NCBI GenBank assembly: GCA_026418655.1
Contig: JAOAAW010000195.1
Coordinates: 1-35,743 of the forward strand
DNA from: a bacterium
GTDB lineage: Bacteria > Ratteibacteria > UBA8468 > B48-G9 > DTJG01
Length of the DNA stretch: 35,743 nucleotides
Direction of reading: 5' to 3'
This document shows positions 17,955-26,752 of the stretch, in pieces. The notes beneath the pieces were generated by a model that was given only the letters and a program-made list of their open reading frames with translations, made no database searches and had not been told where the DNA came from. How positions within the stretch are numbered: the first letter of the stretch is position 1; each line of letters opens with the position of its first letter. The position numbers were made by a program, and so were the translations under genes.

Positions 17955-20900
17955 CAGTAAACCTCCAGCTCTGAAAGGTATAATCCTTTCTTTACAACGA
18001 GCCGGACTTTTGAAGTGGTAAGCGATGGCAAGGCCAGTGTTATTGTTTCATTTGTATTTCCTGTGATACTCTTGACAGGTTTCCATTCTTTATCATCCCA
18101 TGCTTCTATGTCAAAATCAGATAAAACACAGTCAGGGTCCGGCCAATATCTTGGTTTATAAGAACGAATTACAATCTTGCTTATTTTTTTAGGTTCAGGA
18201 AATTCCACCTCAAGCCACTCAGGAGTTTTACCTGCCGGACTGACAAAGGATGGACTGAGTTTACCGTCATAAAGGGGGAACCAGCAAGTATCAGGGTCTC
18301 CATCAATGGCAAAATTACAATGTGGATACCATGTGTAATTCCTACTGCTTTTTGCCTTTGAGCCATTCTGGCTGGCTGCGATATTGCCGGGTTTGGCTCT
18401 ATAGTCAATGGATGACATAAAAAATGCGTCAGAAAGGAATTTTTCCATTATTGTGTCACCGGGTTTTTCTGTGGTGTAAATATGGACATCAAGGGGCTTG
18501 AACATGTCGGTGAACATGCCATTTTTTACTGCAATACTTCTTTTTTCTGACCAGACAAACAGTTGTGAAATGCCTTTATCTTTCAGCTCAAATGAAATTT
18601 CCTTGTTTTGTGCACCGTGATAAACCGCTATTACATAAAGGTTTTTGCCATACCTTCTTGATGAAATGCTCAATTTTTCACAAGATACTACCTCGTCATT
18701 TGTCTCTGGCTGAACCAGGACTTTTTCAAGGGAGCGGACTTCATTTCCTAAGGCGCGAACTGCTTCCCAGAGTTTTGGATTCATTCTTGGATTTGTATAG
18801 TCATGGAAATATGCCCAGAAAAGAATTCCTTTTGCCCCCCTTGCTATGGCAGCCCATACCTGGTTTCGTATTTCACAAAGCGTGAGAAACCTGCCATAAC
18901 CACTATAACCACTGCCTCTTGCCCAGTGTCCACCATAAAAATATTGTGGCCAGAGCCACCACGGTTTTTTGCCTGTGGAAAGTTTGGGACCAGGGAAATC
19001 TTTGTCAATCTTACCATTGGCAATCTCTATCATTGAGCTGCATCTATCAGCGGTTGTCAAAAACTTTTTCGCAAGTATGTCCTGGTCATCACCATACATA
19101 GGGTATGGATAGAGGTGATTCATCATAATGTCTGAAATGTAATAAAGGGATGTATACCCTCTAAAACTACCATTCATAGCGAAAGGATGATAGGGATCAA
19201 GCAAACTGGTTTGCTCGTACAATGCAACATATTCCTGCTGCCAGACGAGTTCTTCACCCCACAGATAACACAGAAGGGCAGGGTGATTTTTGAATTCTTC
19301 TACCTTCCCTTTTGCTTTTTGAAAAAGTTTCTCCTTCTGTTCTTTTGAAACAGTTTTTGACAGGGTGTTGGCTAAAGAATCAAGCAGGACAATTTTTATT
19401 CCAAGTTTGTATGCTTCATCCATAAAATCTTTGTTTACATCAAAAGCAGTGGTAACATTGAATCCTGCCTGAGCGAACATTTGAAGGTCTTCTTTTGTTC
19501 CTGTATTTCCATGGACACCTATCGGGAAAAACGGCTTTTCATCCACAAGAATATTACCATCTGTATCTATTCTTACTGTCTGTGGTTTTGTCTCAATATA
19601 TCTGAAATCGGTTTTTGCCCTGTCTATGACATTTCCTTTTAAATCAATGATATTCACCAATATTTCATAAACTCCGTACTTCAATCCAGAAACAGGGAAC
19701 TTCAGAATATTTTCAGTGTCAGGCGTTATTTCCTGTAAAAATTTTATTCGGGTATCATCCGATAATTTCAGGCCTGCCTGTAATTTTAGTTTTTTTGTTA
19801 CTGACTCTTTTGTGTCAAGGGTTATTTTTATTCTGACTTCCTTATCTTTCTGGGTTGAGAATACTATTTTCTTGTAGGAAGGGTTCAGCATTTCAATATC
19901 CGTTGCACTTGGATTGCGCAAGGAAACAAACCTCTGCCCGATTCTATTTCCTTTTTCATCAAGAATATTAAACCTGCATATAAATTCGCCTTCAATACAG
20001 GGTATCCCGACATCTTTATTGAATTCAATTTCATCTTCAGATACTAACAGAACATCCTGTTTTTCAATGTATTCCTTTCCAGAAGGGTCTTTAACGAAAA
20101 AATGTATCTGACCTGGCATAGATTTATGACAGATTAAACTGCCTTTGAAATTCAGAAATAGTCCATCTTCTGAAAGAACAGGGTTTATTTTCAGGTTTTT
20201 CACAAAAACAGAGGAAGGACTGATTATTGAAAGTGAATTTCCAATCAAACTATTGGAATCCTGTCCAGATGTTTTCTGCCAGGTGGCAAGGTCTCCTGTG
20301 GCTGCAAGTGAACTTTCAAGCCACGAACCACCGACCATCTCTTGAGATTGCCATCTGCTCACGATTGTTTCAGGCGAAAACACATTTTCATCACTGAATA
20401 GATTGACATCTCCATAAATTGCAATTGCCTGATTGCAGTTTAGAAAAAGGTTATGGATGATTAAAACATCTGTTTTTCCATAACCTCCGGTCAGAGTTAT
20501 TGCGTCTTTTGTTTCTCTGAAGATATTGTTCTGGACTGTGAAGGTTCCATTGGCAAAGGAAATTCCGTTTCCAATACATTCATTATACTCAAAAACTATT
20601 TTCTGTCCGGCGTCCAAAGGATATGTAGTAAAGGCAACAGGATTATGTTTGAAAATGTTGTTTTTTACAACAGGTACAGGACTGTTTTTGTAAACACGCA
20701 GATACACCCCGGCATTTTTGTTTTCATAAATCTTGTTGCCAATAATGGTACCTCCTCCTTCAAGACAAATACCATTATTTCCACATTGAAATACTTCTGA
20801 GTTCTTTATGGTCCAGTTACCGGGTCCCTGGATGCCTGAAAGAAATGCGTAGTTACTGGCAGGATAATTATTGTGGACCCGACAATTCTCTATGATACAG

Positions 20901-21568
20901 TAATTTCCGCCGGTGCTGATTATGTTTGTCTGTGCATTTTTACATTCTAAATTTATAAGATGATTGTAATTGCCTGCAACAGAAAAACAACTTTTTCTCC
21001 GGATACGAACAACAGAATTTTCAAGGAGGGTACCTTCAGATGGATTTATATGCAAAATAACCCTGTTTTCTTCCTTTTTTATTTCACAAAACCAGGAACC
21101 TTTTGATGCTTGAAGTTCTGTAAAATTATTTTTTTCCTGCAATTGTTTTCCATTCAACCACACGCCAGCAAGCCCTGTGTTTGTGTCTCTTACTGAAACT
21201 CCTGGAATATCAACATTCCATATTCCAGAGGCATCTATTTTAATTGCTTTTGATGGAATCTCACTTTCTCCATCTATGACAACACTTCCTTCTCCTTGAA
21301 AAACAATTGGTTGCTCTTTTGTTCCTGATACATTAAGAAAAATCTGTTCCTCATAAATTCCCTGCTGTATCAAAACAATATCACCTGGTTTGACAATATC
21401 TGCTGCCTTTTGGATTGTTCTGAATGCACCAGTAGATGTGTTTTCTTTACCGCCCGACAGGTCTGAACCATCAGTCCTTACAAAATAAGTATCGCATTCT
21501 GCAAGATTAAAAAAACCAAAGATCAGTATGACAAACTTTATTATGAGCAAATTTTGGGTGATCTTAAT
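17954..21568 (-). CDS. Secreted modular protein: right-handed beta-helix (pectin lyase-like) + Ig-like + GH-like TIM barrel + discoidin; start probably ATT at 21568, otherwise TTG at 21550
   Basis: YFVRTDGSD...AFRTIQKAADIVKPGDIVLI..GIY.E, GT...PIVF.GEG (beta-helix N-cap), Asn-rich repeats; C-terminal ~650 aa is paralogous to the 12846-15839 protein. AAGGAGG lies 5 nt before an in-frame ATT. Confidence 0.8.
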   Translation of the reverse strand: MKITQNLLIIKFVILIFGFFNLAECDTYFVRTDGSDLSGGKENTSTGAFRTIQKAADIVKPGDIVLIQQGIYEEQIFLNVSGTKEQPIVFQGEGSVVIDGESEIPSKAIKIDASGIWNVDIPGVSVRDTNTGLAGVWLNGKQLQEKNNFTELQASKGSWFCEIKKEENRVILHINPSEGTLLENSVVRIRRKSCFSVAGNYNHLINLECKNAQTNIISTGGNYCIIENCRVHNNYPASNYAFLSGIQGPGNWTIKNSEVFQCGNNGICLEGGGTIIGNKIYENKNAGVYLRVYKNSPVPVVKNNIFKHNPVAFTTYPLDAGQKIVFEYNECIGNGISFANGTFTVQNNIFRETKDAITLTGGYGKTDVLIIHNLFLNCNQAIAIYGDVNLFSDENVFSPETIVSRWQSQEMVGGSWLESSLAATGDLATWQKTSGQDSNSLIGNSLSIISPSSVFVKNLKINPVLSEDGLFLNFKGSLICHKSMPGQIHFFVKDPSGKEYIEKQDVLLVSEDEIEFNKDVGIPCIEGEFICRFNILDEKGNRIGQRFVSLRNPSATDIEMLNPSYKKIVFSTQKDKEVRIKITLDTKESVTKKLKLQAGLKLSDDTRIKFLQEITPDTENILKFPVSGLKYGVYEILVNIIDLKGNVIDRAKTDFRYIETKPQTVRIDTDGNILVDEKPFFPIGVHGNTGTKEDLQMFAQAGFNVTTAFDVNKDFMDEAYKLGIKIVLLDSLANTLSKTVSKEQKEKLFQKAKGKVEEFKNHPALLCYLWGEELVWQQEYVALYEQTSLLDPYHPFAMNGSFRGYTSLYYISDIMMNHLYPYPMYGDDQDILAKKFLTTADRCSSMIEIANGKIDKDFPGPKLSTGKKPWWLWPQYFYGGHWARGSGYSGYGRFLTLCEIRNQVWAAIARGAKGILFWAYFHDYTNPRMNPKLWEAVRALGNEVRSLEKVLVQPETNDEVVSCEKLSISSRRYGKNLYVIAVYHGAQNKEISFELKDKGISQLFVWSEKRSIAVKNGMFTDMFKPLDVHIYTTEKPGDTIMEKFLSDAFFMSSIDYRAKPGNIAASQNGSKAKSSRNYTWYPHCNFAIDGDPDTCWFPLYDGKLSPSFVSPAGKTPEWLEVEFPEPKKISKIVIRSYKPRYWPDPDCVLSDFDIEAWDDKEWKPVKSITGNTNETITLALPSLTTSKVRLVVKKGLYLSELEVY

Positions 21569-21583
21569 TTTTTCCTCCTTTTT

Positions 21584-22330
21584 TCAAAGAACTAAATGTC
21601 CTGCTCGCACCCTGAATTTCTTAAATGCTTCTGCATATTTGACACCGATTTGTTTTCCATATTGTTCTGAAATTCTTATTGCCAGTTCATCAAATGCTTC
21701 CTTTCCGAGTTCCTCTACACTTTTTCTGTTTTCTGTGGTTTCTTTTTTTTGTATACCTCCCATTTCGATCTGACTTTTATGACAATAACAGGCATTCTTT
21801 TTTTTCTCAATATACCGCGTGATGTCTTCAAAATGGTTGGGTTTTTCTGTGTTATAGAAAAAGATTTCCTTTACAAAATGCGGTTCAATTCCATTCTTCA
21901 GATGTTCAGGATAAAAATGGGGAAAGCCGGCAAAAACAACTGCTTCTGCGGAGAGAATTCCCACTGTTCTGTGGTCAGGATGAACTTCATAAGGCAAAAA
22001 AGGATCAAGCGTCATTACAATATCTGGCTTAACCTGCCTGATAACCTTCATGATTTTTCCTCTTAATTTCAGGTCAGGATATAAAAAACCATCTTCTTCA
22101 CCAAGGAAAAAAACCTCTTTCACTCCAAGGACTCTCGCTGCTTCCAGTGTCTCTTTTTTCCTGATTTCAGCAAGTGTTTCAATATCAAGGTTTCTGTCAT
22201 ATGTTCCACGATTTCCCTTTGTGCATATAAGGTAAAAGATTTCACCCCCTTTATCCACATACTTTGCGATAGTCCCTCCGCAATAACATTCAGCATCGTC
22301 CGGATGCGCTTGAATGTTCAACAATTTCAT
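21584..22330 (-). CDS. PIG-L/LmbE family N-deacetylase
   Basis: AHPDDAE..GGTIAK, T.GNRG, RKKE...AA..LGV, HPDH zinc motif, HKSQ, YAEAF. Confidence 0.93.
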   Translation of the reverse strand: MKLLNIQAHPDDAECYCGGTIAKYVDKGGEIFYLICTKGNRGTYDRNLDIETLAEIRKKETLEAARVLGVKEVFFLGEEDGFLYPDLKLRGKIMKVIRQVKPDIVMTLDPFLPYEVHPDHRTVGILSAEAVVFAGFPHFYPEHLKNGIEPHFVKEIFFYNTEKPNHFEDITRYIEKKKNACYCHKSQIEMGGIQKKETTENRKSVEELGKEAFDELAIRISEQYGKQIGVKYAEAFKKFRVRAGHLVL

Positions 22331-22393
22331 AGTAGTACTACGTGTCTGGGTGCCTCAATATTAAAATGGCAGTCCCTTTCCTTTACTGATTTT

Positions 22394-23122
22394 TCAAGGT
22401 ATATGTGGGTACCAATATTTATATAAAGCAGCAGCATCATACGGAATACCCAAATTATGGAAAGGAACCCCTTCAGCATGACCGTCGCAAAATAGAATAT
22501 TACTCACAGAATCATGGCCAGCCCTTGCTGAAGCATGAATGGTGAACCCTGGTGCCCAGAGAAGTGGGACTTTTTCCCAGTAAGGATTGTGAGCATACTC
22601 AAAAAGAAAAATTTTTGATGCAGGGTTTCTAACCCTGGCAAGTTTTCCTCCCCAGTTTACACCATTGGTTGCGCCAACATAGATCCCACCAATATCAGGT
22701 AACGCGAGATACATATTACTCACATACCTGACCTGGCTTGTTATTGCATTATAACCCGGGGGTGCATACCAATCACCCCACCAAGAAGTTCTTCGCGCCT
22801 TGGGACATTGAAAAATTTTCCATTGATTGTTTACATACAATGCAAGAGCCGAAAGATAGTTTGGTGCGGTCCGGACATCGTCGTTCCAGTAAGTCCAGAA
22901 GAAACTTGAATTCCCTGGATTTCCCAGTGGTGGAAGATAACCATTATTGTCTACCTCATACTGAGCCATTGCCAGCCCCAGCTGCTTCAGATTGGCAAGG
23001 CAAACAGCCTGTCTTGCTTTTTCTCTGGCACGGCTCAAGACAGGCAGAAGCATCGCTGCAAGTATGGCTATAATCGCAATTACCACAAGCAATTCAATGA
23101 GAGTGAATCCATTCTTTTTCAT
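22394..23122 (-). CDS. DUF1559-type prepilin-like protein with N-terminal cleavage/methylation motif and C-terminal H-X9-DG motif
   Basis: [51 protein letters not shown]; FQCP; [15 protein letters not shown] at 23122 has SD AAGGAGGT and overlaps the regulator stop (ATGA). Confidence 0.93.
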   Translation of the reverse strand: MKKNGFTLIELLVVIAIIAILAAMLLPVLSRAREKARQAVCLANLKQLGLAMAQYEVDNNGYLPPLGNPGNSSFFWTYWNDDVRTAPNYLSALALYVNNQWKIFQCPKARRTSWWGDWYAPPGYNAITSQVRYVSNMYLALPDIGGIYVGATNGVNWGGKLARVRNPASKIFLFEYAHNPYWEKVPLLWAPGFTIHASARAGHDSVSNILFCDGHAEGVPFHNLGIPYDAAALYKYWYPHIP

Positions 23123-24264
23123 AACACCCACCTCCTTTCAAGATTTTGTAATGTTTGTTTTTTCTCTTCATGATCTTGAACAAAATCAGGGTCTGTGCTT
23201 TTTCTGACTACCAGTTCTGGCTTAATTTCTATGATAATTGATTTATCCTTTTGAATTTCATCTATCCCAAGAAGCAGTTTAAGGGATGCGCTTACAATTT
23301 TTTCTTTCGGTTGCCTTATTGTTGTAAGTAATACATCTGGCTTTGCTGCTTCTGGTGTATCATCAAAACCAGCAATGGCTAAATCCTGAGGGATTCTATA
23401 GCCATAGTTTTGAACCAGATTTTCAAGATAATAGATGGCAAAACAATCATAAGGCGTAAAACAAGCAGCTATTATATTTTTTTTCTCCAGTAGAAACTGA
23501 ACCCCATGGCTTATTGCAGGACCTTCGGGTGCTCCAAGAAACACCAAATCCTCGTTGAATACCTTATTCTTCTCAAGAAAATATCTGTAGGTATTGAATA
23601 TTCTTTTTCTCAATTCATTGCTGTCATCAATATAAGCAATACTGTGGTATCCCTTTGAAAACAGATGCTCCATCATCAAGGATGCTCCATAGACCTCATC
23701 AACTTTTACCTGCGTTGATGGCAGGTCAGTCCAGAAATCATTTATGATAACAAACTTCATTCCCAGTTCTACCAGTTTCTCTCTTATTTCTTCTTCTTTA
23801 GAAAGGATATTGGGAAATTTCAAAACATTTTTTATGCCTCTTTCTGCAAAACTCTGGATGAACATTTCCTCTCTTTCAATTTTATTGTCAGCATCAGCGA
23901 CTACAACATGGTAACCGATTTCGCCTGCCTGAAATATAATCTGTCTGAGAAATTCAACAAAAATAGGATTTCGCAGATGTGGGACAATAACCCCTATATC
24001 ATTCTTGCCATTTGTGGTTCCCCTGACAAAATTGCCAAGCCCCCATTTTTTCTCTATCAGTCCTTCTTCTTCAAGCTTTGCAAGTGCCCTTCGTACTGAA
24101 ATTAAACTCACATTGTAATTTTGTGCAAGGGTTCTTTCAGATATTAAAGGATCTCCGGGAAGGAGTTCACCTGTCTTTATTTTTTCTTTGATGTCAGCGA
24201 TAATGTGGTCTGTCTTAAAAACCCTCTTCAGGTCTAATCTGTTGCTTTTTTCGTCTTTAGCCAT
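23119..24264 (-). CDS. GntR wHTH + LacI-type sugar-binding domain transcriptional regulator (AraR-like)
   Basis: [41 protein letters not shown]; periplasmic-binding-protein-like C-terminus [26 protein letters not shown]. Confidence 0.92.
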   Translation of the reverse strand: MAKDEKSNRLDLKRVFKTDHIIADIKEKIKTGELLPGDPLISERTLAQNYNVSLISVRRALAKLEEEGLIEKKWGLGNFVRGTTNGKNDIGVIVPHLRNPIFVEFLRQIIFQAGEIGYHVVVADADNKIEREEMFIQSFAERGIKNVLKFPNILSKEEEIREKLVELGMKFVIINDFWTDLPSTQVKVDEVYGASLMMEHLFSKGYHSIAYIDDSNELRKRIFNTYRYFLEKNKVFNEDLVFLGAPEGPAISHGVQFLLEKKNIIAACFTPYDCFAIYYLENLVQNYGYRIPQDLAIAGFDDTPEAAKPDVLLTTIRQPKEKIVSASLKLLLGIDEIQKDKSIIIEIKPELVVRKSTDPDFVQDHEEKKQTLQNLERRWVL

Positions 24265-24303
24265 ATTGTTCCTCTACTCATATCTAACTGATATTCTACT
24301 GTT

Positions 24304-24331
24304 ATTATACTCGGGAGAAAAATTTTGTCAA
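24304..24331 (-). promoter_or_regulatory. Sigma70 promoter driving the regulator/prepilin/CAZyme-like locus
   Basis: Consensus hexamers TTGACA-N16-TATAAT on the minus strand, about 40 nt upstream of the regulator ATG (SD GAGG). Confidence 0.8.
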
Positions 24332-24399
24332 GACATGCGGATTAAAAAAGAATTGTTTGATGAGGGTGATTTTCCAGAATTAATTGATGGGACTGATAT

Positions 24400-26010
24400 T
24401 CAGGCCAGGGTTTCGGATTTTTTTCTTAATGAGGCAAGAATAAAGGATGAAAAAAGTGGATGGCAGTCGAATGGTTTGGATTGAAACTCTGGATGGAATT
24501 GTGTGGCTATAAAAAATGGATGATTTTCAATTTCTATAATCTCAACCAGTTTTCTGTCAGGAGAATAGCCTGTAAATTTCATACCTTTTTGTTTCATGAT
24601 ATCCATGTATTTAAGGTTGAATTCCCATCTATGTCTGTGTCTTTCAAATATCTTCTTCTTTCTGTAAGCCCTGAAAGCAAGTGATTTTGGCTCAATCTCA
24701 CAGGGATAGCAACCCAATCTCATGGTACCACCAAGCACTGTGATATTTTTTTGTTCATCAAGTAGACATATCACAGGATCAGGCGTGTCAACAGCAAACT
24801 CTGTGCTATGAGCTTTACAGAAACCACATACGTTTCTGGCAAATTCAATGACAGCACATTGCAGCCCTAAACATATACCAAAAAATGGAATTTTATTTTC
24901 CCTGCAGTACTTGATTGCACTTATCATTCCTTCTACACCGCGAATTCCAAAACCACCGGGCAGTATAACTCCATCAACATCTTTCAAAAATTTTTCTGCG
25001 TCTTCCTTTTCTATTTGCTCCGAATCAACTTTTATAAATTCAACTCTGCAGTGGTTGGCAATTCCACCGTGCACAAGTGCTTCAGATATTGATTTATACG
25101 AATCCCGCAGTTTTATATATTTCCCCACAACACCAATTTTCACAGATTCTTCTGCTGTACGAAGTACATTAACAATGCTGTACCATTTTTCAAGTGCCGG
25201 ACGAGGGTGGCATGGTAGATTGAGATATTCAAGAACAATCCTGTCAAGATTCTGTTTGTGATAGATGATGGGTATCTCATATATAAAAGGTGTGTCAATT
25301 GCTTCAATCACTGATTGTTTTTTCACATTACAGAATAGTGCAATTTTTTCCTTCATCTCAGAAGAAAGGGGCCTTTCTGTACGGCACAGAAGAATCTGCG
25401 GTTGAATGCCTATTTCCCTTAAATTTGCCACTGAATGCTGGGTCGGCTTTGTTTTGAGCTCTCCGGCCGCTTTTATAAAAGGAACCAATGTAAGATGTAT
25501 AAAAACAGTATTCTGCTGTTCCTGTTCAAATCTTATCTGTCTTATTGCTTCAAGAAATGGTAAACTTTCAATATCTCCCACAGTCCCGCCAATCTCACAT
25601 ATCAGAATATCAACCTTTCTTGTTAAAGCCATTATGCGGCTCTTTATTTCATCTGTAATATGGGGAACAACCTGTATTGTTTTTCCTAAATACTTTCCTT
25701 CGCGCTCTTTCTGAATCACTGAAAAATAAATCTGGCCGCTTGTGGTATTATTTGCTTTTGTAATCTTTGCGTTTGTAAACCTCTCATAATGACCGAGATC
25801 AAGGTCTGTTTCAGCACCATCAGAAGTGACATATACTTCTCCATGCTGAAAAGGATTCATTGTACCAGGATCAACATTTATGTAAGGATCAAGCTTCATC
25901 AGGGAAACCTTATATCCATGGCTTTCCATTAAGGCACCGATAGAAGCACTTGCAATACCCTTGCCAAGGGATGAGACTACTCCACCTGTAACAAAAATAA
26001 TTTTAGCCAT
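24400..26010 (-). CDS. pyrG: CTP synthase
   Basis: FVTGGVVSSLGKG, DPYINVDPGTM, KTKPTQHSV, GICLGLQ, ERHRHR, QFHPE. Confidence 0.98.
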   Translation of the reverse strand: MAKIIFVTGGVVSSLGKGIASASIGALMESHGYKVSLMKLDPYINVDPGTMNPFQHGEVYVTSDGAETDLDLGHYERFTNAKITKANNTTSGQIYFSVIQKEREGKYLGKTIQVVPHITDEIKSRIMALTRKVDILICEIGGTVGDIESLPFLEAIRQIRFEQEQQNTVFIHLTLVPFIKAAGELKTKPTQHSVANLREIGIQPQILLCRTERPLSSEMKEKIALFCNVKKQSVIEAIDTPFIYEIPIIYHKQNLDRIVLEYLNLPCHPRPALEKWYSIVNVLRTAEESVKIGVVGKYIKLRDSYKSISEALVHGGIANHCRVEFIKVDSEQIEKEDAEKFLKDVDGVILPGGFGIRGVEGMISAIKYCRENKIPFFGICLGLQCAVIEFARNVCGFCKAHSTEFAVDTPDPVICLLDEQKNITVLGGTMRLGCYPCEIEPKSLAFRAYRKKKIFERHRHRWEFNLKYMDIMKQKGMKFTGYSPDRKLVEIIEIENHPFFIATQFHPEFQSKPFDCHPLFSSFILASLRKKSETLA

Positions 26011-26752
26011 GTCCCAGAACCTTTATCTTTCTTAAATCACTGATCGTATCAATGGAAATAGAATCTTTGGAAATCACAACAACCTTTATTTTATAACCAT
26101 TTTCAAGTATTCTGAGTTGTTCAAGCTGCTCAAATTTTTCAAGCGGACCGAGTGGCAAACTTTTGTATTTGAGCAGAAAACCTTTTCTAAATGCATAAAC
26201 ACCAATATGTTTGAAAAAGTCCACCCTGCCAAAAAATGGTTGTTCTTTCACAAAATAAACCCTTGGAAAAGGAAGTAAACTGGCTGAAAAAAACAGGGCA
26301 AATCCATTCCTGTCCATAACCACCTTTGTTATATTCGGGTTGTACAAATCTTCTTCTGTTTTTATTCGTGTTGCTGGGGTTGAACAAACAATGTTCCTAT
26401 CTTTCAACATTTCTTTAACAGGTTCATCAATTGCTTCATCAGGAACAAGTGGTTCATCTGCCTGAATATTCACAAAAATCCTGCCAGGAATTTTTTCGGC
26501 AACCTCAGCAACCCTTTCACTGCCACATCTGCAATCAGAAGAAGTAATAAAAACCTCTGCACCAAAACTTTTTGCGTGTTGTTCTATTATGCTGCTATCT
26601 GTTGCTATTATAACCCTATCAAGGGTTTTTGCCTTTCTGGCGTGTTGGTAGACACTTTCAAGAATTGTAATCTTACCGATTCTTTGAAGGACCTTGCCAG
26701 GAAGTCTTTCTGAGTCATATCTGGCAGGTATAACCCCTATAATACCCTTCAT
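26003..26752 (-). CDS. kdsB: 3-deoxy-manno-octulosonate cytidylyltransferase
   Basis: IPARYDSERLPGK, GSER, NIQADEP, KHIGVYAF, LEQLRILENG. Confidence 0.95.
   Translation of the reverse strand: MKGIIGVIPARYDSERLPGKVLQRIGKITILESVYQHARKAKTLDRVIIATDSSIIEQHAKSFGAEVFITSSDCRCGSERVAEVAEKIPGRIFVNIQADEPLVPDEAIDEPVKEMLKDRNIVCSTPATRIKTEEDLYNPNITKVVMDRNGFALFFSASLLPFPRVYFVKEQPFFGRVDFFKHIGVYAFRKGFLLKYKSLPLGPLEKFEQLEQLRILENGYKIKVVVISKDSISIDTISDLRKIKVLGHG

Noticed and set aside
16925-21750. A8/T8 homopolymers as phase-variation sites
   Set aside because: Such runs are common in this AT-rich sequence and the reading frames are intact.
23123-23131. Track GTG start of the prepilin at 23131
   Set aside because: That GTG lies within the SD (AAGGAGGTG); ATG at 23122 is correctly spaced.
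12491-24399. Glycan locus as a mobile genomic island
   Set aside because: No integrase, transposase, tRNA or flanking direct repeats were seen; only the truncated CTERM fragment hints at a rearrangement.
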